A stretch of DNA of 64,000 nucleotides from positions 124,001 through 188,000 of the forward strand of contig OZ218956.1 in the NCBI GenBank assembly GCA_965112735.1, in the 5' to 3' direction. The notes under the pieces were generated by a model. The model searched no databases. It saw only the letters and a list, made by a program, of their open reading frames with translations, and was not told the DNA's origin. Position 1 is the first letter of the stretch; each line of letters opens with the position of its first letter. This document shows positions 59,197 to 64,000 of this stretch, one piece after another. Position numbers and translations under genes: made by a program. The stretch is from Phaeosaccion multiseriatum. Taxonomy: Eukaryota; Protista; Ochrophyta, other classes.

Positions 59197-60207
59197 ATGC
59201 CTCGTCCAAGGCAGCAAGGTGCCTGTACGAACAAGCCGTGCAAACGGCGGCTTCAGGTGGTTGACAAGCTCCTGGAGCAGTGGGAAGAGAAGCAGTTGAC
59301 CAAGAGGTTTGTGGAAAAAAAGGTTGCGGAGAAGGCCCTGGAGCAGGCACGTCTGGAGAAGATCAGCCTCAGGAAAGCCATCGGCGAGGCCCTTCGGAGC
59401 AACGAGGAGGCCACCGCGGAGATACAGGCCCAGGGGGCTCTCAAGAAGGCGCTCTTTGAGAAGCTTCAGACCGTAGAGGCGAGGAGGGTGAAGGTGCGCG
59501 CGCAGGAGGTGCATCTCATGAATGCGCATCGGGGCGGCGGCGGCGGCGGAGGAGGAGAGATGGGGGGGGCGTGGGGAAGCGACGGCATGACGCTCCGCTT
59601 TGACCCCGCTCAGAGGCCGTCGGCGGCGGTGAGGAGGGCGGGAGAGAGTGGGAGGCCGCACCACGACGGCAAGTTCGCCTACGCCAGCTCGGTCATGCTC
59701 AGCAGGTGGTCGTGCTGCCTCAGGGAGAAGGAGCAAGCCCCTGGCTGCTTGGGGGGCAAACCGAGCCTAGTGGCAGCGGCGGTGGGGGCAAGTATGACGA
59801 GGAGGGGCCACAGCAAGTGCGTGCCGGGGGAGCACAGCGCACCACAAGTGGGCACATCACACGCCAGTCTTCATGCCGAACGGAACCTCAAGGCGCACAT
59901 CAGCGCTCTGCACAAAGTCAGACAGGTGGCTACAGCCAACAGCGCAGCTAGAGCAAGAGTGAGGCCCCAAAGCGCCGGAGGGAGGCTCGGCAGCGGCAGC
60001 AGCAGCAGCAGCGGCGGCAAAAGGCGGAGGGGCCCGGGCGGCGGATTGGGTTGCTCGCTGGTGGCCACGAGTAAGGGAGACAGTACAAGTAGTGGCGGTG
60101 GTAGACCGTCCGGGACCCGCCTCCGGAGCAACAGTAGTGTTGTAAGCAGGCCCCGCCCGAGCTCAGCCGTGGTGGGCACCGTCTCCGTGCTGGCTGTAGG
60201 TGACTGA
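59197..60207 (+). CDS. Hypothetical protein, coiled-coil N-terminal half
   Basis: 336-aa ATG ORF with GC3-biased codons and an E/K/A/L-rich helical segment; divergent from PAP2. Confidence 0.65.
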   Translation: MPRPRQQGACTNKPCKRRLQVVDKLLEQWEEKQLTKRFVEKKVAEKALEQARLEKISLRKAIGEALRSNEEATAEIQAQGALKKALFEKLQTVEARRVKVRAQEVHLMNAHRGGGGGGGGEMGGAWGSDGMTLRFDPAQRPSAAVRRAGESGRPHHDGKFAYASSVMLSRWSCCLREKEQAPGCLGGKPSLVAAAVGASMTRRGHSKCVPGEHSAPQVGTSHASLHAERNLKAHISALHKVRQVATANSAARARVRPQSAGGRLGSGSSSSSGGKRRRGPGGGLGCSLVATSKGDSTSSGGGRPSGTRLRSNSSVVSRPRPSSAVVGTVSVLAVGD

Positions 60208-60467
60208 CGTGGTGGCTGTGCTAGGGTAGGGGGGGAGCAGCGGAGCCAGAGGAGCAGGAGGGTGGGCAAGAAGGTCTTTGCCACGGAGCGTAGCTGTTTA
60301 GCAGCAGCTCAGCAGTAGAGCACGCCATACACGAGGGGCAAACCCACATCCAAGCCCAGTGTACGTATGTGTGTGTGTGTAAGGAGAGAGAGATTGGGAG
60401 GGCCCCAGCCTGATGGGATGATGGGCTTTTGTGAGGTTGGACCTCGCACAAGGCCAATGATGTCCTA

Positions 60468-60900
60468 TCAAATCAAGTCTATGTCGAATTGTGCTGCCAG
60501 GCTCACGTCGTCAACGGCAGCGGAAGTGGTGCACACCGTTGTCGAGCCGAAGCCCACGGGCTCACCAACGGAGCACCTCGTCCTCCTGAAGACGTTATAG
60601 TTGCCTCCGTTCTGCTGGATGTACGCCTGCCCGGCACCTCTCTCACCCGTCTGGGCCTCCATCACAAACCTCAGAGTGTACGTCTGCCCTGAGATGGAGA
60701 TGGGCACTGGGATGACGTGATAGCTAGATTTGCATGTGCCAATCCAATCCAATCCGCTTGGCCAGACGTCTCCATGTCCAACAGGGCTTCCAAAGGGGGA
60801 GGTGCCCGTGTCGTGATCATGGTAGATGATCGAAGATGACGGTGGTCCGGCGTTGGAGCGGGATGGAAGGTGCTGATTGGATGATGGGTCAAAACTGGAA
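60468..60900 (-). CDS. Possible terminal exon of an unknown gene adjoining the minisatellite
   Basis: Complex, beta-strand-like translation (YHVIPVPISISGQTYTLRFVMEAQTGE...YNVFRRTRC) in the 60468-61475 ORF; no family recognised; start unknown. Confidence 0.35.
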
Positions 60901-61118
60901 CAAGAGCGCACACGCTCCGCGGCGGCGCGCACCTCGGGCCCCGCACATAGGCCGAGCCGGGCATAGATAGGCATAGGCATAGGCCGAGCCGGGCATAGGC
61001 ATAGGCCGAGCCGGGGTATTACTTGCAGGTCCTGTCGTGGGAGCGGAGTAGCGGAAGGAGCGTCGTCGCTGTCGTCGTCGGAGCTGGAGGATGAGCTGCC
61101 CGCCTCGGGCCGAGCCTC

Positions 61119-61993
61119 TGTACAACAGCCTCGTCGTCCCTCTCGTCTTGTGCTGTACAACAGCCTCGTCGTCCCTCTCGTCTTGTGCTGTACAACAGCC
61201 TCGTCGTCCCTCTCGTCATGTGCTGTACAACAGCCTCGTCGTCCCTCTCGTCTTGTGCTGTACAACAGCCTCGTCGTCCCTCTCGTCTTGTGCTGTACAA
61301 CAGCCTCGTCGTCCCTCTCGTCTTGTGCTGTACAACAGCCTCGTCGTCCCTCTCGTCTTGTGCTGTACAACAGCCTCGTCGTCCCTCTCGTCTTGTGCTG
61401 TACAACAGCCTCGTCGTCCCTCTCGTCATGTGCTGTACAACAGCCTCGTCGTCCCTCTCGTCTTGTGCTGTACAACAGCCTCGTCGTCCCTCTCGTCTTG
61501 TGCTGTACAACAGCCTCGTCGTCCCTCTCGTCTTGTGCTGTACAACAGCCTCGTCGTCCCTCTCGTCATGTGCTGTACAACAGCCTCGTCGTCCCTCTCG
61601 TCTTGTGCTGTACAACAGCCTCGTCGTCCCTCTCGTCTTGTGCTGTACAACAGCCTCGTCGTCCCTCTCGTCTTGTGCTGTACAACAGCCTCGTCGTCCC
61701 TCTCGTCTTGTGCTGTACAACAGCCTCGTCGTCCCTCTCGTCTTGTGCTGTACAACAGCCTCGTCGTCCCTCTCGTCTTGTGCTGTACAACAGCCTCGTC
61801 GTCCCTCTCGTCATGTGCTGTACAACAGCCTCGTCGTCCCTCTCGTCTTGTGCTGTACAACAGCCTCGTCGTCCCTCTCGTCTTGTGCTGTACAACAGCC
61901 TCGTCGTCCCTCTCGTCTTGTGCTGTACAACAGCCTCGTCGTCCCTCTCGTCTTGTGCTGTACAACAGCCTCGTCGTCCCTCTCGTCTTGTGC
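61119..61993. repeat. Minisatellite, 25 x 35 bp
   Basis: Unit TGTACAACAGCCTCGTCGTCCCTCTCGTC(T/A)TGTGC; 875 bp; A-variant in units 3, 9, 13 and 20. Confidence 0.98.
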
Positions 61994-62307
61994 AGTTGAC
62001 GTTGTACTAGCAGGGCTCGTCGCTGTTGGGCAGTGGTGATACATAAAGGAAACAGGGAAAGAAAGGATAGAAATTGAGTTTTAGTTTATGATCCCTCTTC
62101 CCTTTACCAATAGCTACTTGTATCCGATGAAGACTTTAAGGGCTGTGAGAGAGCAAAGGTGACGAAGCTGGGCAGCGGCTGAGGACCAAAATGACGTGCA
62201 GCAGGAAGAGTAGAAGAAGTTGGTGAGGCAAAGCTCGAGCAAGACAGGAAAGAGAGCGAGGGGAGAACAACAGCGCCAGCCTCCTCCCTCCTCTTCCTCC
62301 CGCAACC

Positions 62308-63316
62308 ATGTCTCCTCTGTGTGTGAGGAAGAGCTTGGAGAGCCACCGCTCGGTGGAGACCATCCTCATTCCTTTGGGAGGGGTGCCGCCTCCCATCTAC
62401 AAACGCTATTGCCAGACGATTAGCAGGTGTGTTGGGCGCGAAGTGGAGAGTGACAAGGAGGCTGCCATTGCTTGCTACTTGAGGCGGAGTGCACCTGCTC
62501 CTGTGGTTCTGTTCAGTCCTTTCAAAGCATTGGACGGGACCGTCTTTGCTGTGCTCTGAGCGCAGGAGGGGAGAAAGAGGGGGGGGGGAGGTTGTCAGGG
62601 TGGGGAGGGCGCAACGCGGGTTCGCTCAGACCTTGCGTATTTCCCAGCGAGCGTTACCAAGCCCCGAGTCACTGCTGACCACTGCATGCGAAAGCCAGGC
62701 CCAGCAGCGCAAGACCCATGCTCTATCCTATCTGCACAGCCTGACATGATGACATGGCATGGCCTTCCTTCCCACCCTCCCTCCCTCCCCTGGTCATGCT
62801 GCTATTACTCATGTTGGCGATGAATAACAGATTCTCCACCGTGAGCATGGACAACCTCACCGTCCCGGGCGACTGGAAGGAGAAGAGCCGCGCCACCTTC
62901 CAGCACTTCCGCTGGGGGGAGGGCTGCTACAAGCTCAACTTCGTGGATGGCGCCTCTGCCGACGCTGCCGAGTGCGTGAGCGAGTGGGAGGACCTCGACG
63001 CCTACAGGAGGGTGCACTGCGTCATTGGGGTGGTGCATTTCCCCTCCGTGGCCCCCGGGATCACCTTCTCTGACCTAGAAAAGGTAGGTGGGTGGTGTCA
63101 GCCGTCGAGCTGTCGAGGACCTGTCGAAGAGCTGTCGAGCTGGTGGTGGTGGCATGACGGGAGGGAGCCTTGTGGGTGCTGCCATCCCGACCCGCCGACC
63201 CGCAGCAGGGCAGGAGACTCTTGCCTCCGCTCCTCTCCTTTCATGCCCTGTCCCTCTTGGTGAGAGTGAGAAGAAGCCCTTCTTGCTGACTGTCGCAGAT
63301 CCCCGGTCCATCCACC

Positions 63317-63355
<39 letters not shown>

Positions 63356-63671
63356 ATTGTGTGTGTGCGTGCGTGCGTATAGGAGTTCCAAGAGGCGTGT
63401 GCGGTGTACCAACACGCCAAGGTCCACCGCATCTTCGCTTTCGGTCACGACTTCGAGAAGGGCGAATACCCGAGTATCAAGGACCCCGAGAGAGACATCG
63501 TCTTTCCTCCCGAGCAGGCAAGGCCAGGAGGGGGGTATTTGTTGACTTAGGGGCCGAGGAGGGGTTGAGGAGGGGTGGGGGTCAGCGGTACTCGGCGTCA
63601 GGACGCCCTTGCTTTGACAGGGACAGGCGACTCTTTGTGTAGCCCAGCGGGAGTGTCAGCCGTGTGCAGAC

Positions 63672-63754
<83 letters not shown>

Positions 63755-63834
63755 TGAACAGATAGACAGACAGACTGACTTAGACAGACAGATCGACAGA
63801 CTGAACAGATAAACAGACGGACAGACAGACTGAC

Positions 63835-63868
<34 letters not shown>

Positions 63869-63884
63869 GAAGACAGTGAAAGAT

Positions 63885-63949
<65 letters not shown>

Positions 63950-64000
63950 GGAAGACAGACAGACAAGACACACAGACAGACAAACAGGCAGACAGACAGA
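62308..64000 (+). CDS. TRAPPC9: TRAPP II subunit TRAPPC9/Trs120, 5' exons (continues beyond the window)
   Basis: [70 protein letters not shown] fits the recalled Trs120 N-terminus; third exon appears to end at a GC donor (CAG/GCAAGG near 63517). Confidence 0.75.
63666..64000. repeat. (AGAC)n microsatellite, intronic
   Basis: Degenerate tetranucleotide array to the window end. Confidence 0.95.

Noticed and set aside
61119-61993. CRISPR array (35-bp periodicity)
   Set aside because: Units are contiguous with no unique spacers, no cas genes are present, and the context is eukaryotic.
61091-62039. Plus-strand ~290-aa ORFs in all three frames
   Set aside because: By-products of a stop-free 35-bp unit; no independent coding evidence.
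1-64000. tRNA, rRNA, snRNA genes and introner-type repeated introns
   Set aside because: None recognised by eye; introns do not share sequence outside the segmental duplication. A covariance-model scan would be needed to exclude small RNAs.

Overview
Gene-dense, GC-rich, intron-containing eukaryotic DNA. Three genes carry signal peptide + 'AF' bipartite plastid-targeting N-termini, which points to an alga with a red-lineage secondary plastid, probably an ochrophyte (inference). Left to right: 5' end of a secreted protein with a bacterial ExeM/NucH-type N-terminal domain; a young full-length Ty1/copia element (153-bp LTRs, TAGAG target-site duplication) whose polyprotein is broken by a frameshift in gag and a single in-frame UGA between integrase and RT, with no tRNA primer site; cereblon; a ~1500-aa polyQ LSm14/Scd6; a plastid DUF4864-like gene head-to-head with a plastid PebA-type bilin reductase; EF-hand, EDR2-C (DUF1336) and PX-domain genes; a tandem duplication giving four membrane-anchored tyrosinases in two head-to-head pairs plus a deleted BAF60 fragment; SWP73/BAF60; plastid RpiA; a PAP2 phosphatase; two hypothetical ORFs; a 25 x 35-bp minisatellite; and the 5' part of TRAPPC9. 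The strongest unexplained signal is the 15-mer CAG-TTGGTGATA-CAG, which recurs mostly inside CAG-rich tracts of unrelated genes, in an intron and in non-coding DNA, on both strands and in different reading frames. All calls are by eye from motif recognition; no searches were run, and exon boundaries are approximate unless stated.
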